Shown here: positions 1-8,572 of the stretch, one piece after another
Layout: every line of letters starts with the position of its first letter
Numbering within the stretch: position 1 is the stretch's first letter
Source of the DNA: a bacterium
Lineage (GTDB): Bacteria; SAR324; NAC60-12
Assembly (NCBI GenBank): GCA_965233585.1
Contig: CBDDTI010000118.1
Coordinates: 1-11,387, forward strand
DNA length: 11,387 nt
Direction of reading: 5' to 3'
Notes under the pieces: generated by a model
The model's database searches: none
What the model was told of the DNA's origin: nothing
What the model saw: only the letters and a program-made list of their open reading frames with translations
Position numbers and translations under genes: made by a program

Positions 1-293
1 ATGCGTTTGAAGTTTTGGTACATTTCTTAGCCGTCTTCTTCTGCAAAACATCTACGTGAAACGACCAAGTTCTACGTATTTTGGAGAACGCGAACCACAT
101 TGGCTATTTGTATCATCATTTGGAATTAAATGCTGTCATTACATGATTAGCCAGAGCAAGTTTTTAGACCGATAGGCGAACTGAAAAGATCTACACGGTT
201 GAGATATTCGAAGACAAAACATTAATCCATTTTTTCAAGGGGTTGTCCTCGCCATTGCCATCGTCATTGCTAAAACTACCTTTAAACTCCCCA
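1..293. mobile_element. Right end of a non-autonomous DNA element (MITE-like), truncated by the window start
   Basis: Ends in GTCCTCGCCATTGCCATCGTCATTGCTAAA...TAAACTCCCCA, the same style of terminus as the 6214-7205 element (subterminal CGTC/GACG-type triplets, then ...TAA(n)TCCC). The left end and TSD are not visible. Confidence 0.45.
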
Positions 294-625
294 ATATCTT
301 AGAAATACCAATTGCAACTGCCGTTAACGTTACAGCACAAAGCAATGCTTTATTTAACGTGAAACATACTATTAGCTAAATGGAGGAAGGTTGTTTGGTC
401 TCTATCAGTGACTTCCAGGACCAACTTTAGTTAGTTCATTACTTGAACAAATGTTTTCTTAGCTTGAAGGCCGAGCCTCAAGTTACTTTAGTCTTAACAA
501 TATGCCGCGCAGCAAAATAATTTAGTCCAATTAGTTCTTAGGTACTGAGCGGTGTTTGTTGACTAATAATACACATGAAAAAATTCCTCGATTCTGATTG
601 GCTGAGAGCATTATATTGCAGGTCA

Positions 626-683
626 AGTGTAACACAGTGCAAACAGTGTAACACCGGTGCAAAAAGTGTAACACCAGTGCAAA
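626..683. repeat. Three tandem copies of a ~20-bp unit AGTGTAACAC(C)RGTGCAAA inside element A
   Basis: Directly visible at 626, 645 and 665. Confidence 0.85.
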
Positions 684-684
684 T

Positions 685-947
685 AGACCAGTTTCGAATT
701 CCCCATGACTGCTGAATACAAGGACTGACAATGCATTTGTACAGGGTTAGCCTCGACCTAAAAAAAATACTCATAAATACCGGCGAGAATGTGACACGAA
801 TTTGAAAATTAAACTATACACAGAGCTGTAAACAGGTCATCTTCTCGCTGGAATTTGTGAATATTTTACTTTAGGTCGAGGCTAACACTGTACAAATGCG
901 TTGTCAGTGCTTTTATTCAGTGGTCATGGCGAATTCGAAAATGGACT
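685..947. mobile_element. Foldback MITE with ~110-bp imperfect TIRs and AT target duplication
   Basis: Arms 685-795 and 836-947 are reverse complements with scattered mismatches around a 40-bp spacer. Termini are AG...CT, flanked by AT (683-684, 948-949). Removal restores GTGCAAATTACAC in the host. Confidence 0.85.
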
Positions 948-1409
948 ATTACACATCGTAATTCATGATTAAGATTGGCAGAAATACAATGAGAAATTTT
1001 GTAGGCCAATGATATCATATAAAGTAATGACAAAAATTTTGTACGGAAACTCTGAAAAAAGCTTTCTCGAATGCGAAAAAATGGCTTCAAGAAACATCTT
1101 CCGGCACTTTTTCCGCGCGAATTTTTTCATTTTTGTATTATTAGTAAGTAATCATACTGTTTTTCTCGTTCAATTTGAAATTAATTTGCACTTGTGAGTT
1201 TTTCAAAAAGGTGAAATTGCACTCGCCGAAGCGGCTCGTGCAATTCCAGCTTTCTGGAAAACTCATTCGTGCAAATTAATTCCAAATTGAATTCAAAACC
1301 ATATGATTACCTATTTATAGAATATAGAGATAGCGGCATCTTAAAGTCGCTTATACTGCAGGGTAGTTAGATTGTTCTACAGATTTTCGCTTTGTCGGTG
1401 AATGCCACG

Positions 1410-1518
1410 AAAGATCACACATTTAAAATGCCGAGAAAGTTATCAAGACATGGCTGATCATCGACGTTATATATATACACAACTTCAGCAGCTGTGAAAT
1501 TAAAGCTTGGAAAACGTT
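1410..1518 (-). repeat. Degenerate fragment of a tRNA-headed anthozoan repeat (probable partner of 2487-2545)
   Basis: Resembles, from memory, a common coral repeat (…TGATCATCG…ACACAACTT…CAGCTGTGAAATTAAAGC…). Not verifiable from the window alone. Confidence 0.3.
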
Positions 1519-1750
1519 CACGATTCGATGAATCAATTAAATATTAATGATTTAATAGGCGTACCGAGAGAGACGTGACAACCCAAAGTACGCGGTGTTG
1601 TGTTTTGGGCGCTCTACAAAGCTGCGACAAACTCCTCAAAACCCCCCAAAGACGATGAATAAAGAAACCAGGCAATGTGGATAATTTTTTCTCTATTTCA
1701 TTCCCAAATAGTAGCATCCAGCGATTTTGTGCTTCGTAGAGCGCCCAAAT

Positions 1751-2061
1751 GAGGCGCGGTGGCCTCATGGTTAGTGCGCTCGACTCCGGAGCAAGCGCTC
1801 CGGGTTCGAGCCCTGGCCGGGGACATTGTGTTGTGTTCTTAGGCAAGACACTTTACTCTCACAGTGCCTCTCTCCACCCAGGTGTACAGATGGGTACCAG
1901 CGAATTGTTGGGGAAAACCTGACAATTTGCGGGGGAGTGACCTGCGATGGACTAGCATCCCGTCCAGGGGAAGTAGAAATACTTCCAGCCGCTTCATGCT
2001 ACAGAAACCGGGATAAGCTCCGGCACCAATGGGCCTTGCGGCCTCTAAGGCTTCGCTTTTT
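1751..2061 (+). mobile_element. tRNA-derived SINE with CORE-like central domain
   Basis: Pol III A box TGGCCTCATGG (1760-1770) and B box GGTTCGAGCCC (1803-1813). Central TTCTTAGGCAAGACACTTTACTCTC…ATGGG resembles the CORE-SINE domain. Short T tail. Exact 14-bp TSD TAGAGCGCCCAAAT (1737-1750, 2062-2075). Confidence 0.92.
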
Positions 2062-2216
2062 TAGAGCGCCCAAATAATTCTCAATGGTCAAAACTGCTAC
2101 GCAACATCGCGCACTTTAGGCAGTCACGTCTCACTCGATATGCTTATATAAATCATTAATAGTTCGTATTGTGTGATCGTCTGGGTGAGGGTAGTTCTGA
2201 AAAGAACTGTTGTTGG

Positions 2217-2261
2217 TGACTGACGTTTCGACAACCTGAGCGGAAGTCATCTTCAGAGTCA
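2217..2261 (-). ncRNA. Minimal type I hammerhead ribozyme motif (mirror copy)
   Basis: Exact reverse complement of 2319-2363. Confidence 0.72.
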
Positions 2262-2318
2262 AGTGAATAGTATTTGTCAGTCGATGATGACATCATCGAC
2301 TGACAAATACTATTCACT

Positions 2319-2363
2319 TGACTCTGAAGATGACTTCCGCTCAGGTTGTCGAAACGTCAGTCA
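2319..2363 (+). ncRNA. Minimal type I hammerhead ribozyme motif (PLE type)
   Basis: Stem I TGACT/AGTCA, core CTGAAGA (2324-2330), stem II GAC…GTC, then GAAA-C-GTC (2351-2358) with a vestigial stem III. Predicted cleavage after C2358. Confidence 0.75.
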
Positions 2364-2486
2364 CCAACAACAGTTCTTTTCAGAACTACCCTCACCCAGA
2401 CGATCACACAATACGAACTACTGATACTCCTGGGTTCAAACCATTTACTATAAATCATTAATATTTGATCGATTCCTGGAATCATG

Positions 2487-2545
2487 AGTCTGGGATGCCT
2501 GTGCTACAAACTGAGCTATCAAGACAACTGGAGGCTGGTCACACA
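2487..2545 (-). repeat. Degenerate tRNA-like head of a repeat
   Basis: The minus strand reads GATAGCTCAGTTTGTAGCACAG (A-box/D-arm-like, 2520-2499). No intact B box or cloverleaf. Confidence 0.35.
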
Positions 2546-2772
2546 GATCTCCGCTTTGTCCACCACTTGTTTACAGATGTGCCACGATAGGCTACGATCT
2601 ACCATTTGAAATAGGCTCTAACTAGTACTGCTGGTTTGTCAAGCTATGAATTAGCTTCAGTTGGCCGGATACGTTTCCTGGGCCTCATATATACCCCAAT
2701 CAAACTACCTCTAGCAATAGCAGAAATGCAGCTGATCACTTAGAATTAGATATCTAGATCCATGTGTTTGGA

Positions 2773-3157
2773 TCAAGGCTCCTCTACTCGGACATCTCCA
2801 TGAACACCGTCTTTAAACTGGGCCCAGGAATGCACCAATCCTGTGGCAAGCGTGAAGTTTGCGTTCTGAGAAGCAATATCACTCGCTGAAAGGACACTAC
2901 CCCACAGATTGAGTTCTGTGATCTCACCGGGTCCAAATACATTACGCCTCGAGAACCCCCCGCTAACGCTATCTTGATCTTGTCCGATGACAGCAGTTCC
3001 CCCAGATAGAATCACGTACTTTGTCGCCATTCCTATTCCATTTACTGCGAGCTGACCATTCTTATACAACTGCCACATTCCATTCGCGTTTTCCCAAGTA
3101 AAACAAATATGATGCCATCGGTTTTGTTCAAGCTTGACACGAGTGCCAACTCTGTCT
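2773..3157 (-). CDS. Terminal coding exon of a pentraxin-domain protein (C-terminal half of the PTX domain, neuronal-pentraxin-like)
   Basis: The frame extends upstream of the ORF-track Met: DRVGTRVKLEQNRWHHICFTWENANGMWQLYKNG…IGQDQDSVSGGF…GEITELNLWGSVLS…VRVEEP*. It has the pentraxin signature HxCx(S/T)W and the Ca-binding GQ(E/D)QDxxGGF loop. A polypyrimidine tract precedes acceptor AGs at 3159-3158 or 3153-3152 (both phase 2). Stop TGA at 2775-2773. Confidence 0.93.
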
Positions 3158-4491
3158 CTTCAAAAAACAAATAAGAATAATTATTAAAATTTAAATTTTA
3201 ATCTTTGCTCGTTACGAAACTCTTGTTCACTAAAATTCTAAACAATTCTTACGAAGGGATTCATTTGCTAGGCAAATTAACCCTCTAGCTTTGGTATAAC
3301 AACAACTCATTTGATGAATTCTGATGACCAGCAATAATGAATACGATCGATTGCATCTCAAAAATTGATTTCCCTTTACCTTGTGCGATAAATACTGATT
3401 TCTCACAGACCTATTTAGTTCATAATACCAATCAGCACATTTTCCAAAGCAAAGAAACTATACAATCTCTAAACAAGCATGTAGATAAATAATCAAAGGA
3501 GAACTATGGCCAAACTCGTGGATTAGGTAATCTAGAGATGAAACATGTTGGTAAGCTTGCAATTATTTGTGCATAATTAAAGGCTGTTAAAGCAAGCCCT
3601 GTTGGTACCATGCAAGGTCGCACTTATGTTATGAAACGTAGGCTTTTTCGTTTGCTTTTCCTGCACACATATTACAAAATAGCTAGGGTAGTAGAATTGA
3701 AGCTGAACATGGAGTAGTGAAAGCTAAGGGTTCTTGGGTCACATTGCACACTCATGCCCAAAAAATCAGAGTACTTTCTCCCCCGACACCGACAACCACC
3801 CCCCTACCACCACCATCCAGAAGTTGATGTTGTTGTTGGTCTGCCTGTTGTGAAAATTTGCATGCATACAAGAACATTTTTCTTTTTATGCGAACAGACC
3901 TTTCTCACTGCATTTCACTCAAGGCTATATAGTTAAGGTTTCTTATGAGACAACACTTCTTTTTCAAAGTGAAACCACATGTCTCTGTATATATTACACG
4001 TAAACTACATCAAACTAATTAGCCGGCTCTTTTGAGAGCATTTTCAGTGTTGATGCAAAAAATCTGTCAACCAATAAATGTGTTCTAACAAGCTCACAGG
4101 GGGTTTCTTTCCCCTTGCTATCTTTTCAATCAGGAAGCAAAAATGTAAACAAAAGACAGTGTTTGGGAATTCGTGCATTTCACATCTCACTCAGAGTGCA
4201 AATGAATGTACTTAAATAAACAAAACAAGTATGGAGAACACAACTTTAATCTAAACTTCATTCGATGTCAGTTGAATGTGGACAACTCGAGATAAAAAAA
4301 CTTTAAAAGTGCGATAAACTGCAAAGCCATTAACGAAGATCCTGCTTGATTGAACGTTGGATCCCGCAGGAGATTTAAAAAGCCAAACTTGAAAAGTAAA
4401 ACGATAATAAGTCAAAGACTATGGCAAGGCTGACACAAAGCGTTATATTTATAACGATATTTCAGGTTATCAGACCAGAATTATAAAAATT

Positions 4492-5572
4492 AGGTGATGG
4501 ACAAAACACTGATCCTCAGTCCATGAACTCCCCAATTGGACTACCCAAATGGACTACCCCTAAAATAATATTCTAAATGAGTATTATTTAAAGTTGTAAG
4601 CTGCTATGTACCTTGCTTGTTTTGTTCTGGAACCACGGAACACAAAATAGACAAGTAGATTCACGTTGTTCATTATAACTATGGCTTAGTTAGCTGTATT
4701 GTTAACCATGTTCCAGGCTCAGAAGCCTGACTTGTAATTCATTATTCAGCCATTATTCTTGTCATCTCCTATCATGTCATCTTTTGGATTACAAGTGCAT
4801 GTGTAGTGGCTGACAGAATCGCATGGAATAAAATTGACAATTACTGTGTCTCCCAGAAAGGCTGGGTGGGGGTATGCGGACCACATCCTCAAACACTTAT
4901 CCCATTTATGACCATAATCTGTGATTTTTGCCACCCTATTTATGACCTGGCCAAAAATTCGGTACCCTATTTATGACCGTTGCAGCTGGTACAGTTACCC
5001 TAAACATAAGTTATGAAGGGCTTTTGGTAACGGTCTTTTTGAAAATTATGAAAAAGTAGCTTCTCCCAAGAGACATACCCAGTATGCTAAAACGATACCC
5101 TACTTATGACCAAAGTGGCTGAAAAACCCTACCCTTTTGGGGCTGCACATACCCATTTAGCCCATGTAAAGGAGTTCAGTGCCCCTAGGCATTTTTTAAC
5201 TTGTGCTATTCGTAAATCAAATATTAGATTGGGCTTCTCACTCGAATTTCAATGGCTGTTAAATTATTATGCTTACACTTGTGTGATCCTGATACTTATT
5301 GGCACCTCTGATTGATAGTAGTCGTTGATAATCAAATGATGAAGTTTACGCTTTTCAAACTAATTTGTGTTTAGCAGTTGTTTACTTCAAGTACAATGAT
5401 TCAAAATAGTGGCTAGAGGCTGTACAGGACTGATGATCATAAGCAGAAGTTATGTGTAATTTAATTATACTAGCAGCTAAGAACATTAAATAGTACTCAT
5501 TTGGATTATGTTTTTAGGTATAGTCCATTTTAGGGTAGTCCATGGCCTGGTGTCCGAGTGTTTTATCCATAC
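4492..5572. mobile_element. Old MITE with ~90-bp degenerate TIRs (GGACTAC subterminal repeats)
   Basis: ATGGACAAAACACT…CCATG…TGGACTACCC…AAATGAGTATTATTT (4497-4589) matches the reverse complement of AAATAGTACTCATTTG…TAGTCCATTTTAGGGTAGTCCATGG…AGTGTTTTATCCAT (5488-5570). Confidence 0.7.
4848..5184. mobile_element. Degenerate non-autonomous DNA element with repeated ACCCTATTTATGACC motifs, nested in 4492-5572
   Basis: Motif copies at 4899, 4933, 4964 and 5097. Termini are eroded, so boundaries are approximate. Confidence 0.55.
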
Positions 5573-5659
5573 TTAAATAGAAAACATGTACCGTGTTTCT
5601 GTCGAGTTGTAGAGACACGAGTGGAAGTTTGGGAAAACGAGAAGTTCTGTGGGAACACG

Positions 5660-5690
<31 letters not shown>

Positions 5691-6084
5691 GAGTTCTCCC
5701 AAACTTTCACGAGTGTTTCTATAACTGGATAGAAACAGGGAGTACATGTTTTCTATTTCTTTTAGATAACACCACGACGAGAAAAGGAAAACAGCTCATT
5801 AACTTTGATTACCAACATGTATATTCTCTTTGCTTGCGCCATCATTACGTCAAAAGACCGTGCTGACTCTGTGTCTCTGTTACGAAAAATTATTGCGTGA
5901 CTTTGAACATCCGCGTATATATGCTAATTTGCTCTAGACGTTTCGTGCATATTTAATTAGAGCCGTATCACCATGATTCATCAATTTATTTCAGTCGCTT
6001 ACGTCTGCTGCTGTAAATAGTTTTATATTGTAATGTTTCTTTATATAGTAGTACCGGAAAGTTCTAGAACCTTTTGCTGTAAAG

Positions 6085-6092
6085 TATATAAG
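6085..6092 (+). promoter_or_regulatory. Putative LTR TATA box
   Basis: TATATAAG ~210 bp into the LTR. Confidence 0.5.
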
Positions 6093-6146
6093 TGAATGGG
6101 CGTAGTGTTTAGATGGTTTTTCCCAGGAGTGTTCTGTAAATCATTA

Positions 6147-6208
6147 AGGTCGGCACACACGATGGGACTAGTCCCTGCAGGGACTAGTCCCATCGTGTGT
6201 GCCGACCT
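6147..6208. mobile_element. 62-bp perfectly palindromic MITE, PIF/Harbinger-like
   Basis: AGGTCGGCACACACGATGGGACTAGTCCCTG|CAGGGACTAGTCCCATCGTGTGTGCCGACCT, flanked by TTA at 6144-6146 and 6209-6211. Confidence 0.85.
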
Positions 6209-6213
6209 TTAGT

Positions 6214-7205
6214 AGGGACCTTAAGATACGAGGACGGGAAGGCTAGGACGGGAACGGCACTGGACGCGGGAAACTTTCGCGGGTCCCGTTGTGTCGTCAA
6301 AAACAAAATGCTTAAGATGCGTATTTTCTCAAAGGACGGCGACGTCAATAATTCGAACTTCGTAAAAGTCATACCATTCACAGAAACAGTGACATCCTTT
6401 AGACAATAAAGGGACCATAAAAGAGATGGTGTAAACCTTATCCTATTAAGCTTTAACGATAGTGATTGATTTCTTGACAAGCGAAGCAAACATTTCAGTG
6501 TAAATATGCTAATAGAGTAGCCAGAATTTCCGTATGAAAAACTTATTAAACGGACAACCTGACCGCCCTGCTTCAGATGGCTTTTTTACCAGATACCAGA
6601 ACGTTTGAGAATTCTGTCGCTGTAGAATCCTGACTTTTGGTGAACACTGAATTTCGATCTGTAAATATTGTAACAAGCTTTATGAACATAAAACAAACAT
6701 TGCATGAAGTCCCGTTTAGTATCAAAAACAACAACTAAAAATCAGTTTAAAAATGTGACGGCATTTATTCTGACAACCGTTCATCGACCTTACTCACGCT
6801 GATGTATTCTCAATGCATACAGTTTGTACTTCATTTTGAGCTTGCACACTCGTGACAGCGACTTGAACAGAGTCACTGAAACACAAACGAACAGACGAAG
6901 AATATTTTTATTCACATTTTCGTATCTCAGCGTAGCACTGTACACTAAAATCACGAAAAATATGAACCTTAGAAACATCCTTATCAATATGACTAAAAAT
7001 AAGGTCGATTGGAACATTTGTCGGGGATAAACAAGAGCAAAATACTCACGTCTTCGACACGACGGCTAGACTGGTGAAATGACGTCCCCGACGAGACGAG
7101 GACGGCAGAGCGATGATTCTAGAGTTCTTCTGCGCATGCCCGGTTGAGTAAATTTACTTCCGGCAGCCGTCCTGGCTCGTCCCGTCGTGGTATCTTAAGG
7201 TCCCT
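6214..7205. mobile_element. 992-bp non-autonomous DNA transposon with 16-bp perfect TIRs
   Basis: AGGGACCTTAAGATAC…GTATCTTAAGGTCCCT, with subterminal GGACGG/CCGTCC repeats and a 2-bp flanking duplication GT (6212-6213, 7206-7207). No transposase ORF. Confidence 0.85.
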
Positions 7206-7392
7206 GTGTTTACTGAAGTGCGACGAAGGTCGCGTGTTATAAGTGTTGGCGGAGGCCGTGATTATTCTAGTGTGACAGAGGTCACGAATAAAGTGTTGGC
7301 GGTGGCTGAGTTAATTGAACTGTAACAGAGAGGTTACGTGGATATTTGGCAAGAGGCCGTGTTTACACCAGAGTGACGGAGGTCAAGTGTAG
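7206..7392 (+). repeat. Degenerate ~51-bp tandem repeat (3.6 copies) within the LTR, each unit with two mini-hairpins
   Basis: Units start at 7206, 7258, 7308 and 7359. Confidence 0.75.
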
Positions 7393-7450
7393 TTACAAGC
7401 CTAGTGTGAGCTTGTTGTGAAGTCTTGAGTGGAATTACCGTTTTTTGTGA

Positions 7451-7456
7451 AATAAA
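7451..7456 (+). terminator. Putative LTR polyadenylation signal
   Basis: AATAAA ~80 bp before the LTR 3' end, followed by GT-rich sequence. Confidence 0.5.
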
Positions 7457-7960
7457 ATATTCTGGTTGTGTTTCGACATCCCTGCGTTCTGCTTAGACAA
7501 CAAACTACCACCACTTTAAAACATTGAACCTGTAACAGTCTCCATCGAGTTATAGAAACACAATTTTTAACCAATCGGCGCGCGTATTTTCTTAAGACTG
7601 TTTTATAAATTAAAATATTATATAATGAATGGTGCCAATGTTTGTCCTGTCAGTTCAATAGCTGTTTCGTTTGTAAATAATTTATTCCTTTCGCTCACAT
7701 AAGTTCAGTGAGGTCGACAAATAAGGCACATTCTTATCAAAGCTTACTACATTAGCATGAGATTTACTCATTTTCAGGTCACTTTCCAGCACTCTCTTCG
7801 ACGAGTCAAATGTTCATGAAATTCAGCCTTCAAGTTGGCCACAGTACTAAGTCTAACATTCAACGTCAAGTCCTATTCAATTTAGCGAAACACGTAATAG
7901 ATTGAAAGGGCTACAAGGCTGGCAAGAAGCACGGCTTTGAGTGAGTAATCGGGCTGCACA

Positions 7961-8042
7961 GTTACTATTCCAACATGGTGTCGGGCGCGGGCTCGGTTAC
8001 TATTCCAACATGGCATCGGGCTCGGTTACTATTCCAACATGG
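7961..8042. repeat. Three identical 18-bp cores GTTACTATTCCAACATGG with related GC-rich linkers
   Basis: Copies at 7961, 7996 and 8025. The linkers (17 and 11 bp) both end in CGGGCTCG. Confidence 0.9.
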
Positions 8043-8182
8043 CGTTGGGCCGATTAACTACGAACAGTGTCTACACCTGAGAGAGCCACTGAGTGACAAA
8101 ATTTGCTGAAAAAACGTTTCTACGCTTCGCGTATCCATGAGTTTAAAAACGAAAGAAACTGTTAAATTATTAAAACAATCGA

Positions 8183-8460
8183 ATATAAACTTTTAAAAGG
8201 AAACAAAAATTGAGAACTGTTAACGTAGAAAAAAAATGCGTCAAAGTGTCATGTTGTGAAAAATCACAAGCTTTTCGGTGATAGTCCTTCAGTCTGAGTG
8301 TACGTGAAACCGTTAAAAAAGGGATTAACGGAGGGATAAAGGGGTATACCCAAAGCTTTTTTTGTTGTTGTTGTTTGTTTGTTTGGTTTTTTTTTTTACA
8401 AGATGACACTTTGACGCATTCTTCTACGTTATCAGTTCACAATGTTTCTCATGTTTATAT
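8183..8460. repeat. Imperfect inverted repeat (probable old foldback MITE) enclosing a (GTT/GTTT)n tract
   Basis: GAACTGTTAACGTAGAA…AATGCGTCAAAGTGTCATGTTGT (8213-8257) pairs with ACAAGATGACACTTTGACGCATTCTTCTACGTTATCAGTTC (8398-8438), extending to ATATAAAC/GTTTATAT. Confidence 0.75.
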
Positions 8461-8572
8461 ACAATCTCCACACTGTGAACAGGCTAACTGATTGGCTGGG
8501 CTGTTAGCAATGCTGTGGTATTTATGACGCTTTGAACGCCTGTTTTACTGCCAAAAAAGTGCGTAGCTTTAA

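Larger units (their letters stand above)
562..1314 (-). mobile_element. Hairpin/asymmetric-IR element A (putative Crypton-like non-autonomous element)
   Basis: Imperfect hairpin ~1147-1312 centred on CTCGCCGAAGCGGCTCG (1222-1238). Inverted pair ACTAATAATACA..TGAAAAAATTC (562-586) and GAATTTTTTCA..TGTATTATTAGT (1119-1145). Interrupted by the MITE at 685-947. Family assignment is inference. Confidence 0.65.
2160..2448 (+). mobile_element. Truncated Penelope-like element (inverted pLTR pair plus 3' tail)
   Basis: Perfect inverted repeat 2160-2289 / 2291-2420 with a 1-nt spacer, then a 28-nt unpaired tail (2421-2448). Direct repeat TATAAATCATTAATA at 2147-2161 and 2449-2463. Hammerhead motif in each arm. 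This inverted-pLTR-plus-tail layout is typical of PLE insertions. Confidence 0.88.
1519..2486. mobile_element. MITE with ~85-bp imperfect TIRs hosting the SINE and the Penelope-like insertion
   Basis: The left arm 1519-1603 (CACGATTCGATGAATCAATTAAATATTAATGATTTA…GAGACGTGAC…) matches the reverse complement of 2099-2161 plus 2464-2486 once the Penelope-like insert is removed. No TSD is recognisable. Confidence 0.75.
5878..7537 (+). mobile_element. Solo LTR (~600 bp after removing two nested inserts), BEL/Pao- or Gypsy-like
   Basis: Termini TGTTAC…GTAACA, exact 5-bp TSD GTCTC (5873-5877, 7538-7542), TATA-like box at 6085, AATAAA at 7451. No gag/pol. Confidence 0.85.

Noticed and set aside
1751..1822. 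Functional tRNA gene
   Set aside because: It is the head of a SINE: it continues into a CORE-like body and the whole unit is bounded by a TSD.
1544..2077. ORFs of 100 and 83 aa
   Set aside because: Chance frames across the SINE and MITE with no domain motifs.
2160..2420. miRNA precursor or assembly fold-back artefact
   Set aside because: The exact flanking duplication, unpaired tail and hammerhead motif are better explained by a Penelope-like insertion.
3808..3844. Possible small upstream exon on the minus strand (TTTTCACAACAG acceptor, GTAGGG donor)
   Set aside because: Splicing to the phase-2 pentraxin acceptor creates TGA at the junction, and the peptide is not pentraxin-like.
6184..7030. 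ORFs as transposase or gag remnants
   Set aside because: Short, crossing element junctions, with no DDE, zinc-knuckle or RT motifs.
7770..7905. Possible exon after TTTTCAG on the + strand
   Set aside because: No recognisable peptide in any frame and no supporting gene context.
7961..8042. CRISPR-like repeat-spacer pattern
   Set aside because: Repeats are only 18 bp, the spacers are short, unequal and related to each other, there are no cas genes, and the context is eukaryotic.
8357..8397. T/GTT/GTTT tract and the poly-Q/K ORF on the minus strand
   Set aside because: Ordinary simple repeat; the ORF is low-complexity noise.
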